Positions 63,764 to 64,000 of a stretch of DNA of 64,000 nucleotides are shown here, in pieces. The stretch is from Antedon mediterranea (Eukaryota > Animalia > Echinodermata). The position numbers were made by a program, and so were the translations under genes. Positions within the stretch are counted from its first letter, which is position 1; each line of letters starts with the position of its first letter. The stretch is from NCBI RefSeq assembly GCF_964355755.1, contig NC_092673.1, positions 14,790,948 through 14,854,947 of the forward strand, in the 5' to 3' direction. The notes below the pieces were generated by a model. It was not told the DNA's origin, made no database searches, and worked only from the letters and a program-made list of their open reading frames with translations.

Positions 63764-64000
63764 GTGTGCATATGAATTTTAAAGATTATGTTAGTAATTA
63801 ATATTTTTCGAAAAAAAAAATAAATAAACAGAAATTAATACAACAACAAAAAACGAGCCAAAGTTTCTTTGATTTTTATTCATTTATTTATTTTATATAA
63901 GTCTAATAATATTAATAGACTAAAATCATAGCATGCAATTACATTTTTTTTTTTTTTTTTTAGGTTTTCTTTCGTTGGGTGTTTTCATAGATAATTTCTG

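Larger units (their letters stand above)
46900..64000. mobile_element. Endogenous herpesvirus-like large DNA virus element (boundaries approximate; continues past the window end)
   Basis: Dense intronless CpG-rich ORFs on both strands, separated by A/T runs. Contains PolB, an assemblin-scaffold gene, CARD genes and F-box genes, and is interrupted by host TEs. Confidence 0.85.

Noticed and set aside
46900-64000. Polinton/Maverick or adintovirus interpretation
   Set aside because: The PolB motifs look RNA/DNA-primed (Pol-alpha-like), not protein-primed. The protease is assemblin-like, not an adenain/Ulp1 cysteine protease. No retroviral-type integrase or A32 ATPase was seen.
46900-64000. Bacterial prophage or contaminant contig
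   Set aside because: It carries eukaryotic domains (F-box, CARD), NLS-like clusters, TATA and AATAAA signals, and host LINE and DNA-transposon insertions with TSDs.

Overview
AT-rich, spliced, repeat-dense animal genomic DNA, probably a marine invertebrate (the taxon cannot be determined from this sequence). 1-46.5 kb is host sequence: exons of a fibrinogen-related (FReD) gene cluster, an 80-bp and a 64-bp satellite, a young but internally deleted BEL/Pao LTR retrotransposon, and many non-autonomous DNA transposons (Kolobok-, Merlin-, EnSpm/CMC- and Tc1-like). From about 46.9 kb to the window end the character changes to intronless, CpG-rich ORFs separated by A/T homopolymer spacers. I read this block as an endogenous herpesvirus-like (Duplodnaviria) element. 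It encodes a compact Pol-alpha-like family B DNA polymerase, a herpes-type assemblin protease-scaffold gene, CARD-only proteins, two F-box/LRR paralogs and several orphan genes. The protease-scaffold gene can be rebuilt to 484 aa by removing a LINE insertion and one extra A, and it carries R-site- and M-site-like cleavage motifs. Premature stops and two host TE insertions indicate germline integration. One inserted TE has asymmetric, RSS-like ends (heptamer-11/21 nt-ACAAAAAGT). All homology calls come from motif recognition by eye; no searches were run.
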